A stretch of 64,000 bases of DNA, taken from contig NC_058368.1 of assembly GCF_018350175.1 (NCBI RefSeq), positions 195,302,001 through 195,366,000 of the forward strand, in the 5' to 3' direction. This DNA comes from Felis catus. Taxonomy: Eukaryota. Below are positions 1-11,759 of this stretch, in pieces (positions within the stretch are counted from its first letter, which is position 1; the number at the start of each line of letters is the position of its first letter). Under the pieces are notes generated by a model. It saw only the letters and a list, made by a program, of their open reading frames with translations, had not been told where the DNA came from and did no database searches. The translations under genes were made by a program, and so were the position numbers.

Positions 1-950
1 GGGTCATCTGACCCTGGAGGGCCACAACGCGTCCTCTAGGGCCTGAGAGGTAAGCAGTACGCAAGCAGGGACCAAGCCGGCCGTGCACCCTGCCTCATTC
101 GTACATTACTCCAGCATCTGCTCCGTGTCAGGTACTGTGCTAGGCCTGGGGCACGATGTGAATGAGGGCGACAAGGGTTCCCGAGGAGCGTCGCTTGGCT
201 CAGTCTCCTGGGGTCCCACTCGGATCCAGATTCCAAGGAACTTGCTCTGCCTCTGTCAAGTCCCATGACCTTCCTCCAGCCAGGGCAGGTCAGGATTCGT
301 GCAGCCCTGCGCCTTCTTTGTTAAGGAATTCAGACCTCATGGAACTCTGGGTTCTTCACCCCAAGTTTCTCAAGCACTTTGGGCCAAAGGCAAGAAGGAC
401 ATAATTCTTCGTTTTTAAAATTCTTAGGCACTTTTCAACCTTGCTGTCTGGATGAGTTGCCAAAGGGATTTTCCTTCCCTAGACACAAGGAACTCAGAAC
501 TCCCACTCAGGGCATCAGGGCAGGGGGGAGGCACGGAGCCGGATGCTCTGCCTTTCCCTGCCTCTCCCTGCCATCTCAGATGCCTGCCAATTGAAGTGTT
601 ACCTGCAGTGACTCAACCCTATGCATGGAGGGTCAGTGTGGGCACGTGTAGAGTGTATGTAGCCAGGAGCGGCAGTGACCGGGGTGGCCATGCCACTCTC
701 TCCCCTGCCAATCCCTTTCTCCGGTCCACTGCCTTTTCATGCGTGTTGTTTCTGGAGACAAAAGTCAAAAGGAAGAGCAATAGAGACTCTCACCCACCGG
801 GTTGCTGCTGATAGTGAGAGGGAACTGTGTGGGTAAGGATGTATTTGCGTGACTGGTTCATAGCTGTGCGTGATGGTGTGTGTGACGGGATGACTGGTTT
901 ACATTGGTCATTTGTTGTTTTTTAACAATAAAGTATCTTTTTTACTGTTA
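1..950 (+). other. Likely terminal 3' UTR of a convergent neighbouring gene (FAT2 by recalled human synteny)
   Basis: AATAAA at 927-932 preceded by a U-rich tract and followed by tttactgttatttttctgtg. No coding sequence is visible, so the identity is inferred only from synteny. Confidence 0.5.
927..932 (+). terminator. Polyadenylation signal AATAAA (convergent gene)
   Basis: tttgttgttttttaac AATAAA gtatcttttttactgttatttttctgtg. Confidence 0.6.
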
Positions 951-2469
951 TTTTTCTGTGTCACTTATCCTGTTTGGGCCTGGGTCAGGGGAAGGGCCAA
1001 GGGTCTACCGGCCCTTCTGAGCTGAGGTTCATGGAATTTGGGGGCTAGGAGGGACCCCAGAGGTCATCGAGCACCGTGATTCCCAAACCTAGCGAAATGG
1101 CTAAAATGTAGATTTGTGAGCCCCCAACCCAGACAAACAAAATCAAAACCTCTGGCGGCGGGGCCCCGAACACTTGGGAAAAATTCCTCCAATTCCAACA
1201 CAACTGCCTGCAGTGAGGGAACAAGTCCGCCAGTCAGCAGGTCAGGGAAAGGCCCAGGACGAGACTGGAGGGCTGCTGACCCCCGGCCAACACTCTCTGC
1301 ACCTCACAGCACTGGTCGGCGAGAGGAGACTTTCTAGCACAGGCCTGGGGGAGCCAGCCCTCCCGGTGCCCAGAGCCAGTCTATGGCTGGGCTGCTTCTC
1401 CACGGCCTGCCCGGAGGCCCAGCTGGTCCCGGGCTACTGTGGTCCACGTAGGCCCTGCAGTGACACTGAGACTGGAAAGCCCAGTCCCTGCCACCGCGGT
1501 CCCAGTGGGGTGGGTAGAGAAGACACATCGTGGGAGGCACCCCCGCACATTGTGGCTCTGAGGCCAGATAGGCTGGGCTCCAAACCCCTCTGCCACAGAG
1601 CAATGTGGCCTCGGGCAGGTATGAATTGGCGTTCCGATTTTTAGAAGCATAAACAATATGGTAACCTATGCTAGGAAGTAATAATAGTATATAGATCGGA
1701 TTAATTTATCAGAGCTGTGCAGGAAATCACAAACAGGCTAGTCCGGTGTTGCCCAGACTTCTGTTGTTTTGCTGACCTCTTTTATGATTTTTTGCCCTAA
1801 TAGAATACCACCTGTGCCATTGTTTACTTAATTTTCTTTCAGTGCGTCCTGATTTGAAAAAAACATTTGTATTCACCCCAAAATGATATATGCATAAACT
1901 AAAGGATTTGAAAGTCGGTATTTGTTTTCTAGAATACACGAAAACACATAAACATTCAGATTTTTTAAATGGTTGTCCAGGGTCCACTTTGGGAAGCGCA
2001 GATCCACTGTATCTTCATTCCTGATGTGCCTTATCCCCAGGCCCACAGAGGAGAAGGGTTTGTCTGAGGTCCCGCAGGTAGAACTTCACAGGCATGAGGC
2101 CCACAGTCAAGTCTGCACCCAGCCTGGGAATCTCCCTACAACACAACTTGCTCTCCCCCTGGATAGGGGAGCCTCTCTCCAGCCAGCCCCCCTTTCCAGA
2201 ACAGGCCCCTCTTTCCCAGTCTTCCTAAGCCTGCACCTTCATGTACCAACCAGCAGAGGGCTCTCTGAGATCAAGATCAGCCCACTGAGCTGTGGAAGAC
2301 CCGAAGGTTTTTAGGGCAATTTTCCCATCCCAAGTCATTGGGGCTCTGGTTCCAACTATCCGAGTCTTACACAGCACAACAGTGGCAGAGAAAGGCAGAC
2401 AGGCAGGTTTCCTGACTACCAGGCTGGCATTTTTACAGTTCACCATAATCATCTTCATTCCCACCTCTT

Positions 2470-2700
2470 ACTGGCACTTGCTATAGGACAGGTGTTATGA
2501 AAGCACTTGGCATATCTTGTCCCATTGAATCCTCACAAAAACCTCATGAGGTAAGTACTGTCACCTCCAGTCACAGATGGAAGAACGGAGACACACATAA
2601 ATTAAGTGGCTTGTAACTTACATTAGTGACTTAAAGTAAGGTCACCCAGTTCACAAGTGACAGGGCCGGGATTCAATATGGGGCTGCCTGAATCCCGATC
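2470..2700 (-). mobile_element. MIR-type SINE remnant
   Basis: MIR-like core: aatcctcacaaaaacctcatgaggtaagtactg...cagatggaagaacggag...aaggtcacccag. Confidence 0.6.
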
Positions 2701-4530
2701 TTGGCTTTACATTTGGGTTCATGAAACAAACTGCAGGGGGACATCAGGGGATTGAGGGACAGCAGCAAGGAGGACTGAGAGGCTTCAGTCTAATGAGTTT
2801 AAGGCCTAGAGTGTCACATTATTCTAAGTGGTATTAACAGGTGAGTGTCCAGATCCTGGGAGGTGGGGTCTGCTCAACCCTGGGGTTCAACCCCAAGCCA
2901 CTCCTGTGATTCTGCGTCCAGTTCTGAGGCCGGATCTTAAGAGTGCCACAGCAACCTTGAGTGGGGGCTAGAGGGCAGCCAGGAGGGGTGGGAGTGAGGA
3001 CTCACAATCATGTCCACGGTAGAAGGGCAGCTGGAATTCACCAGACAACAGCAAAGGAGTTGTGAGCCTGCTCATTCAGAGGGCCGTGATGGGAGGCCGG
3101 GCTTGCACAACTGTACCATCACATGGGGTTGATGAAGGCCAATGTATCTTCCAGAAACTGGAGCACTGCCTGGGGGGGAAGGGGCGGGGACACATGACAT
3201 CCTGTGGGGAGGACTTATCTGGGGTGGAAGAAGGGTAGAGCCAAAGGCCTTGGGAGGAAAACCATTCTGATTTGGAAGGACGATTACAGATATTTGAAAA
3301 GATAGAAGGGGGAGAAAACACGATATAAAGGTTTGAGATACGGAGTGCTTTGCCCAAGGCCCACGGCTAGTTCAGTGTGGAACATCAGGCCCATCTTCCT
3401 GGTACCCCACGGTGAAGTGGTGAATGCCGGCCTGTGGGGGCACCTGGCCCCAAGTGCTGGACAGCCACCCACGCTGCAGTGTCTAAGGACAGACTTGCAA
3501 AGACCTCAGGCAGCCTCTGCAGCTCTGTCTTGAGGAGAGGCGCCAGAGGTCTCACTGAGTAAAAAGCAGGGACTTTCTCAAGGACCTCGCTGGGAAAAGA
3601 CAGACATTTAGAATTTTCTCAAGATTCCTCAACAAATCTCCAGGGTCGGACCAAGGAAAGGGCTTGCTTAGATTGATGCAAAACTAAAAGTAAATACAGT
3701 GACATCAGCTCTTTGGAGGCCAGGCACTATTCCCTACTCAAGGAAACCACACAAACCAATTAGTCACCAGCTAATTCCAGATACATAATTAGCCCCGCAC
3801 AGACAAGCACGGGGAGATCTAGCCTGATCTGATCCTTGCTCAGGAAGCTCCTGATCTAGGGAGTCGCCAAGCAGTCACAACTGTCCGGCATAAGTAGACA
3901 TGAAGCTACCCAGACAAGGGATGTTACCGCTCTGCTGAGGAGGGAACCATAAATTCTGACTGACGCGGCCAGGGAAACTTCTAAAGAGGAGCAGCCATCC
4001 GAACTGGGCCTTAAAATTGAGCTTCAGATTTAGCACAGAGAGAAGGGCCAGCCAGGCCTAGAGGTTTTAAGTATTTGGGCAATGGCGGGTAGTCCTGGTG
4101 GGTTGAAGTCGGAATGTGGGAGACTAGGGCCTGGAAACGTCCTGTGTCCACTGAGGGGTGTTGAGAGACAGAGTGAGTGGCAGGGAAGATCTCACGGGAA
4201 GTATAAGGTTTGGAGCCACACAGACCCGGCTCCACAACTTAGAAAGTGTGATCTTGGTTAAGTCGTTTAACCTCTCATGCCTCAGTCTCAAAAATGGGGA
4301 CATTACCAGCACCTCCCTTCACTGGATGGGAGTACTAGAAGTGATGATAATGATGCTTAGCATAGTTAGCATAGTAAAGGTTCAAAAGACGTTAGCTATT
4401 TTATCACTAATATTAAAAAGTCAGATCTTTTCGTAGTATCCAATAACCACACACTTACCTTTGTTCCATGGCCAGATAAAAAAAATCCATTCCCCCAGCT
4501 AGGGGTAAGACGGGGCTAAATGTATTAAGG

Positions 4531-4797
4531 TAGTAGTTCTCAATAGGAGAGGGGGATGATTTGAACCCCCCAGTCCCCACGCCCGCCCCATCCCCCCCCC
4601 CACCCCCCCCACCCCCCCCCACCCCCCCGCCCAAGAGTACCCCTGGCAATGTCCGGAGACACTTTGGATCACCACAACTGGCATTTAGTGGCTAGAGACC
4701 AGGGATATTGCTACACATCCTATAATGAACAGGACATTCTCCACAACAAAGAATTATTCACCACCAAACATACATAATACCAAAGTTGAGAAACTTT
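4531..4797 (+). mobile_element. MER20 (hAT-Charlie) DNA transposon with an expanded poly-C tract
   Basis: tagtagttctcaa...ggcaatgtccggagaca...agagaccagggatattgcta...acaacaaagaattatt...aaagttgagaaact resembles recalled MER20. Confidence 0.75.
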
Positions 4798-4997
4798 CCT
4801 AAGGAAACATACGCGGGCTTTATATAGCATTACAGCAGCTGGGAATCTGGCCTGAGGGGGGAAAAAAAAAAAACTCTCATGCAAGAACAGCAGTTATGGC
4901 AAAATGGTTTTGTTCATTTACAAAAAGACACTATTCTGGAGTCTACATTTGTCAGACTAAATATCAGGGTGAGTCCAAAATAACAGATAATCCGACA

Positions 4998-7340
4998 GTA
5001 TCTAGAAAGAATGATGTACCATGACTAAGTAGGATTTACTCTAGGTAACCAAGGCTGGTTCAATATTGAAAAATCAATAAATTTAATCCACCATATCAAT
5101 AGGTGAGAAAAGAAAAATTATAAGATCATATCAAGTGATGGAGAAAAAAATTAACAAAATTCACCCATTCATGATTTTTTTAAAAATATATATCTCAGTA
5201 CAGAAACAGAGGAGAACTTCTATAAAAATCTGAAAGTTTAAATCATACTTCACGGTGAAAGACTGAATGAATGTTCTCTCTGTACAATCAGAGACAAGCC
5301 TAGAATGTTTACTCTCACCACTCTTTTCTTTTAACATAGTGCAAGAAGTTCTAGCTGTTGCAGTAATAAGGGGGAAAAAAGTACACAGAACAGGAAAAAA
5401 GGAAATACACCTATCTCTACATGCAAAGAGCCTGACTGTCTACACAGAAAATCCCAAGAAATCTAGACAAAAACTCAAAGAACTATTAAGTGAGTCAAGA
5501 CAGGTCGCAGGACACAAAATTAACAAATATCAATTGCATTTCTATAGAGTACCCATGAACACATGGAAATTGAAATTAAAAACATATTACCATTTCTATT
5601 GCTCTAAGAAAATTAAATACTTAGGTGTATGTCTAACAAGACATTTATAAGATCTGACGGATGGTTAAAATAAAAAATAATGATAACATCAAATGCTGAC
5701 AAGGATGCAGAGAAAGTGGGACACTCACACATGGCTGATAGAAATGTAAAATGGTACAGCCACTCTGGAAAGTGGTTTGGGAGTTCCTTTTAAAACTAAA
5801 AATGGGCTTACATACAGCTAGCAATTGTACTCTTGGATTTCTATCCCATGGAAATGAAAACTTGTTTTCATGCAGAAACGTGTACATGAATGAATATTCA
5901 CAGCAGCATTATCTGTAACAGCCAGACCTGGAAACAATGCAGACTTCCTTCCCTGGGTGAGTGGTTGAACAAAGTGTGGTACGTCCATACCATGGAATAC
6001 AACGTAGCAGTAAAAAAAAAAGCGAACTATTAAAATAGGTAACAACTTGAATGATCGTCAAAGAAATTTTACTGAGTGAAAGAAGCCAGTCTCAGAAGGG
6101 TGCATACTGTGTAATGCAATTTATGTAACATTTGTGAAATCACATAGTGATAGAGACGAAGAACAGATTAGCAGTTGCCCAGGGTGAGGGATGTGCCCAG
6201 GGTGAGGGATGTGGGGGAGCGCAGGAGGCGAGTGTGGGTACACAGGGGCAGTGTGTTGGGAGTCTTGTCGTAATGGCATAGACAAGAATCTTCCACCCCT
6301 CCCCCCCACACACACACAAATGAGTGTGTATGTGACTGGAGAAATCTGAATGAGCTGTATGTTTTGGCCAATGTCAATTTCCTGGTTTTGATCATGTACT
6401 ACAGTGATACAAGATGTCAACACTGGGGGAGACCGGAAGAAGGGATCCCCCTGCACTGGATCCCCCCCATACATTTCTTCGCACCCATGAATCCATAGTT
6501 AATTCAAAACAAAAAAACTTTAAAATTTTTAAGAAGACTAAATCCTTAAATACGTCACTAAAGAAGATAGATCAATGGCAACTAAGCAAGGAAAAGTGCA
6601 GGACGTCACTAGTCATTAGGCAAAGGCATACCAAAACCACAAAGAGGGTCTGCTACATCCCCATCAAGATGGCCAAAATTTAAAAGACCACAATATGAAG
6701 TATTGGAGCAACTGGAGCTTTTATAAATTGTTGGGAGGAATCCAAAATAGCAGAGTCACTCTGGAAAAACAATTTTCCAATTTCTTATACAGTTAATGTA
6801 CACTTACCATCCAACCCACAATTCCACTCCTAGGCATTTACCCAAGAGAAATGAAAACATGTATCTACACAAAGGTTTGTACACGAATATTTGTAGCAGC
6901 TTTATTCTTAATGGCCCCAAACTGGAAGCAACCCAAACATCCAACAATTGGCAATAAACAAATTATGGTTCGTCCATACAATGAAATATTATTCAGCAAT
7001 AAAGAGAAACAAACTCCTGATACGTGGAATGATGTAGATGAATATAGAAAGCATTTTGCTAAGTGAAGGAAGCCAGACATAAAGGACTACATACTTAATG
7101 GTTCCATTTAGACGACATTCTAGAAAAGGCGAAACTAGAGACCGAGAAGGTCGGTTGTTGCCAAGGAGTCCAGTGGCATGGGGATGGGACTGACTGCAAG
7201 GGAACTTCTCAGGGTAAAGCAAACATTCCACATCTTGACTGAAATGGTGGTCAGATGATGGCATGCATTTGTCAAAACTCATCAAACTGTACACTTAAGA
7301 AACAGGTGAATTCTATTACATGTAGACTATACTCCAATTT
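4998..7340 (+). mobile_element. Cluster of old L1 (L1M-type) ORF2 and 3' UTR fragments
   Basis: Decayed ORF2 peptides (LLSPLFSFNIVQEVLAVA, KIKYLGVCLT, FVAALFLMAPNWKQPK) and L1 3' UTR motifs. Confidence 0.85.
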
Positions 7341-8249
7341 TTTCCCCCAAAATGGGGGGAGACCAATGACCAAGGGTCTAGTAAAGTGCACCAGTTAAGG
7401 ATAGTTTCTTGCGTATGTCTGCAACAGGCAGAGTCTGAGGAAGCAAGCCTACTTAGCCAAGAGTCCCAAGTTTAGGGTCCAAATTCAGTCCACTGTCACT
7501 CAATTTATGCCTCTAGCAGTACAGCGGGCTTCCCTCGAGGGTCCTTGTTATCTGGAAGGAGGGATTACAACCATTAAGTGTGAACGTGAGCAGGACCAAA
7601 AATGTGAAGAGGTGGAAAACCTAAAAGGTTTTGAATGCTCTCCACAACGTGAGCAAGACAGGACTAAAGAACGGGATGCAAACCCACAAAACAACTAAAA
7701 CTGCCTCTGAGTCTTGCTTTGCTTCCATTCGACTGATATTTCAGAAAATGCTTCATAAGCTTCCACGTCAGGCAGTTTAGAACATTCCCTCTAACTCTCG
7801 CCATAATCCCTAAAGGTGGGCCTCCCTCCTGAGGCTGTAACAAAGAGGGGGAGGTAGCCAGTGCCTTGGGGAAGCGCTTGGGTTCTGGAATCTCCGTGCT
7901 TGGGTATGTGTCCTAATTCTGCCACTGGCTGATGGCTTGGAACAGTCACTGAATCCCTTTGACCCCCCAGTTCCAGAAATAATATTGAAAACGGAAAGGA
8001 GTCAGAATCCATTCCCTGCCTTCCTCTCTCTGTAAAGTGCTATATACTTCAATACTGTGCCTCGGGGGCTCCGCTTTTGAATGAGTCTAATTCAGTAGCT
8101 GCCCAAGATTGGTTTTCTGATCCCCTAAAGAGGCAGCTCAGACGGTCTTGTCTGCCCTCCTAATGTCACAAAAGGGGAAAGGAAGTCCTCTCTTCCACTG
8201 TCCTGAAATCTGTCTCCCCGCTTTAAACATATACACCTACATGGAGGGG

Positions 8250-8589
8250 GTGGGATCTCAAGGAATTGGTTCATGTGACTGTGAGGGCTGGCAAGTCCAA
8301 AATTCACAGGCAAGCTGGCAGGCTGGCTGTCCTGACAGGAGCTGACGCTGCAGTCTTGCAGCAGAACTTCTTCCTCACTGAAACCTCGACTTTCCTCTTA
8401 AGGCCCTTCAACTGATTGGAGGAGGCCCACCCACACTTTAAGGATAAACTTTTATTCAAAAGCAACTGATTATCAATATCAACCACGTCTACAAAATAGC
8501 TTCAGAGCAACAGTGAGGTTAGTGTTTGAATAACTGGGTTATTCAACGTTATAGCCCAGCCACGTTAACACGTGAAACTACCCATCATA
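8250..8589 (-). mobile_element. MLT2-family (ERVL) solo LTR fragment
   Basis: Ends gcccagccacgttaacacgtgaaactacccatcata, similar to the reverse complement of the MLT2 start TGTGATGGTTAAT...; contains aggcccttcaactgattgg. Confidence 0.7.
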
Positions 8590-8812
8590 CGTGTCAAGTA
8601 TGGTCGTCTGATATACACAGAGAGGGTTGAGAGTTTCTACTCAAGTTTTCAATAAAAGCAGGAGCAGGCTAAGGAAGGGCAGGACTGTCTGACAGAAAAA
8701 TACCTACCTGGCCCCTTTCTTGGGAACGCTCAATTCCACAGGTGGTCCTACTGTTTGCACTGCTCTCCCAGAGGAGCTCTGGGGCAGCAACTAAAAACAT
8801 TTCAGCCTCGTT

Positions 8813-9048
8813 GGGGCGCCTGGGTGGCGCAGTCGGTTAAGCGTCCGACTTCAGCCAGGTCACGATCTCGCGGTCCGTGAGTTCGAGCCCCGCGTCAGGC
8901 TCTGGGCTGATGGCTCGGAGCCTGGAGCCTGTTTCCCATTTTGTGTCTCCCTCTCTCTCTGCCCCTTCCCTGTTCATGCTCTGTCTCTCTCTGTCCCAAA
9001 AATAAATAAAAAACGTTGAAAAAAAAATTTAAACAAATAAACAAACAA
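8813..9048 (+). mobile_element. Young Can-SINE (SINEC_Fc type)
   Basis: ggggcgcctgggtggcgcagtcggttaagcg head, CT-rich region and A-rich tail; TSD aaaaacatttcagcct(c/t)gt at 8793-8811 and 9049-9067. Confidence 0.95.
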
Positions 9049-9175
9049 AAAAACATTTCAGCCTTGTAAGATCTAGTAAAGAGATCTGAGTGATACTACA
9101 AAAAAACAAAACAAAACAAAAAGGCAAAAACAAAGATGCAGACTGCAACCTCTCAAAAATAAAAAATAAAATTCA

Positions 9176-9181
9176 TTTATT
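9176..9181 (-). terminator. SLC36A1: Polyadenylation signal AATAAA of SLC36A1
   Basis: Plus-strand tttatt at 9176-9181; on the minus strand it is followed by ttttattttttattttt and (tttgt)n at about 9100-9135. Confidence 0.75.
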
Positions 9182-11724
9182 GAGGAAGGAAAAGTTTAAC
9201 ACATGATCCAAGTGCAGAACCCAAAACAAATTCTTCTATGAGCTCCTGCATGATCTACCTCTCTACACATACCCTGTGAGAAATGACACCCATGTAGGCA
9301 CATACACGGTATAATATACACGGTACCGTCTGGTTACCAACACCTATTGGATGGCAGTTTTTCATATTCGTCTTATTTGCACATTCATCGACATGGTTTA
9401 CAAGAGTCACATAAATTCGTTGTTCGCTAAAAACAGCTTCCCCAGCATCGCCTTGATTTCAACAAAAGAACACGGCTTACAGCAGGCACCCTCAACCCTC
9501 GTTTCCCCGTCCTCCCCCCCCCCCCCCCCCGCCCCGTTCTGGTGGCCACATATCAGCACCACTTACATACCCCGGCCAGATAATGACCCGGTGGTACAAA
9601 GAACAGGGAAGAAATACCACAAGCCGATGCTGTCGGAGCACACAGCCCTGCAACCAGCAGGACTAATTAAATTGTCTAAAAGTATTGACCATGATTTCAA
9701 AGACAAGCCACACCCTCTCCTTTCCCCTAACGGTCTTGGAGATTTGTAATGTACTTTGGAAAATTTAATTCTAAGGCAGACTTGGAGCCGACTCCCTAAT
9801 CACGAGGTCACGCGACTTGTACCATGTGCCTCCGCTGTCAGGAAGTCGCGTCGGGTTCGGACCGGGGCCGATGCTGGGGCCTCGCCTTAACATCTGATCG
9901 GCTGCGAAATACAAGCCACTGATACAGACCCCTTTGCTGTGAGCAGTGAATAGAGAGAGCTGTAAACAGACACAAATTGAGATTTTGCACTTCCAAAAAA
10001 CATGAGGTGAATATGTAGTGTTATACAGAGTAGATATTCTACAATTCAGGAAGGGAGACGTTTGGGAAGAAAAAAGTAAGCCAGGAGAATGGGGGCGGAG
10101 GAAAGATTTCCCCATGTTCCTTTCTGGGATCATCACTTGAAGACAAGTGAATAAACTGCAGATTGTACCTTTCATGGGGGTAGAGTGAGCAGTGAGCACC
10201 AGCCAATGAATCCGGCCAGAGAGGTGAGTGGCAGAGAGGGAGGGCGGAAGCTGCAGGTTCTGTGCTAAGATACGCCGCACATTCATACGCATCTGGCCCG
10301 GGTTTGTGCAGACGAAGGGCTCCTAGCAGCCAGACAGCAGCACAATATACAAATAATGACACTTGTGAATGGTGACAACTTCCAGAAAACTACACACAAG
10401 ATGACAGATCATGCTCTTCCCAGCCATTTGAGGGCAGGTACGCTGCTGACAGAGAGTTGGAAACCTCCTAAGAGCAGTGTTTGCAAACAAAAACAAAACA
10501 AGGGGCTCTGAGAAGCCACCTCGGGGCTACTGGAAATCTGAGGCTGCACTTGGAGTGGCTGGGGGAGGGGCACAGAGCCTAACAGTATCAGCCCGAGAAT
10601 CCCACGGTTTGCCTTTGGCCCGGCAGATGCAGCCTCACACTCGAGAGCCTCGTTGCCCCTAATCAGACTCCTGTGTATGCTGGGCCTGCTTCACCAGGGG
10701 CCAGAGCAGGGCACGCGGAGAGGCTGGGCAGCTGGTTCCTGATGAGCCATGGACAGAAACCAGGGAAGGCCCCCTGACTGCAGAAGCCTCGTGGGCAGAA
10801 GAGCAAGCTATCCTGAGCTGGCCCAGAGGGCCGCTTCCCCCTACCCTCCATCTTCTGGCTGACCCTTTACTTGACAACCTCACAACCGGAAAGGCCCATG
10901 GACAGGGCCCCCCTTGCCTGGCTCTTCTGAAGCAGCAGGAGCACAGGAAAAAGATCAAACGGGGACAAGGCTGTGCCAAATTAGCTTCAAAGCTAGTGGT
11001 GCCGTCTCTCCCACACACGTTTTCTAGGCCAGGGACCCTGAAACAGTAGTCTGCATTTTGCTAAGACCTGGGACCAGAGGACCAGTTTTGTGCCACCCAG
11101 TCCTCAGGTCAAGTCTTGCTACCCGCCGGACAGGATGGCCTCTAGCAGCTCCCTGAGTTACAGAGGCCTCCAGCACAGAGGCTGTGGGCAGGACACACAT
11201 CTGATTCCCTTCTGGCATGTGCCTTCTCACTGAAAACAACTCTCAGGACTGTCGTGGAAAGACGGCTGGAGCCCAGGGCTTGCAAACAGATGAGCGCAAC
11301 TCTTGAACACACTTTGGTACCTTCTGCGCCTGAGGTTTCACAGGGCAGGGCCGTTGCCCCCTTCAGTTGGAATCTGAGTCCCATAAGCACCTACTGGTGA
11401 CCACAGAAAGGGTGGGTGAAAACCATCATTCTCCTAATGGAGACCAAGTCACAAGTGATCCCATCTCCCTAAGTTCATAAATTATTAGTAGGCTGGGAGT
11501 CATTGCAATGAGAATTTGGCTTTGGAACAGAAGAGAGAGAAAAAGCCAGGCTGGGGGCGGGGACGGGGGCGGTCAGAGCCCTTACAAGCTTTGGGGAAAC
11601 ACAAACAAACAGGACCCTGATGAAGCTACGCTGCTCTCCAACTTTCAGGGCGAACTGTGTCTCCAGGTCAGAAACGGCCTGGTGACAGGAGAGGAGGACA
11701 GCAGGACCCTATTGCACACACATG

Positions 11725-11726
<2 letters not shown>

Positions 11727-11758
<32 letters not shown>
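11727..11758. repeat. (CA)n microsatellite in the 3' UTR
   Basis: About 16 CA units. Confidence 0.95.

Positions 11759-11759
<1 letters not shown>

Noticed and set aside
4453..4501. Possible 40-nt minus-strand read-through exon (tag| at 4499; AAG|gtaagt at 4459)
   Set aside because: It lies beyond the SLC36A1 poly(A) site, and isolated consensus splice sites are common, so it cannot be supported without RNA data.
6177..6212. 18-bp tandem duplication gcccagggtgagggatgt x2
   Set aside because: Ordinary slippage duplication within an old L1 3' UTR.
8813..8890. tRNA gene calls at the SINE heads
   Set aside because: These are tRNA-derived A/B-box heads of Can-SINEs followed by a SINE body, tail and TSDs, not tRNA genes.
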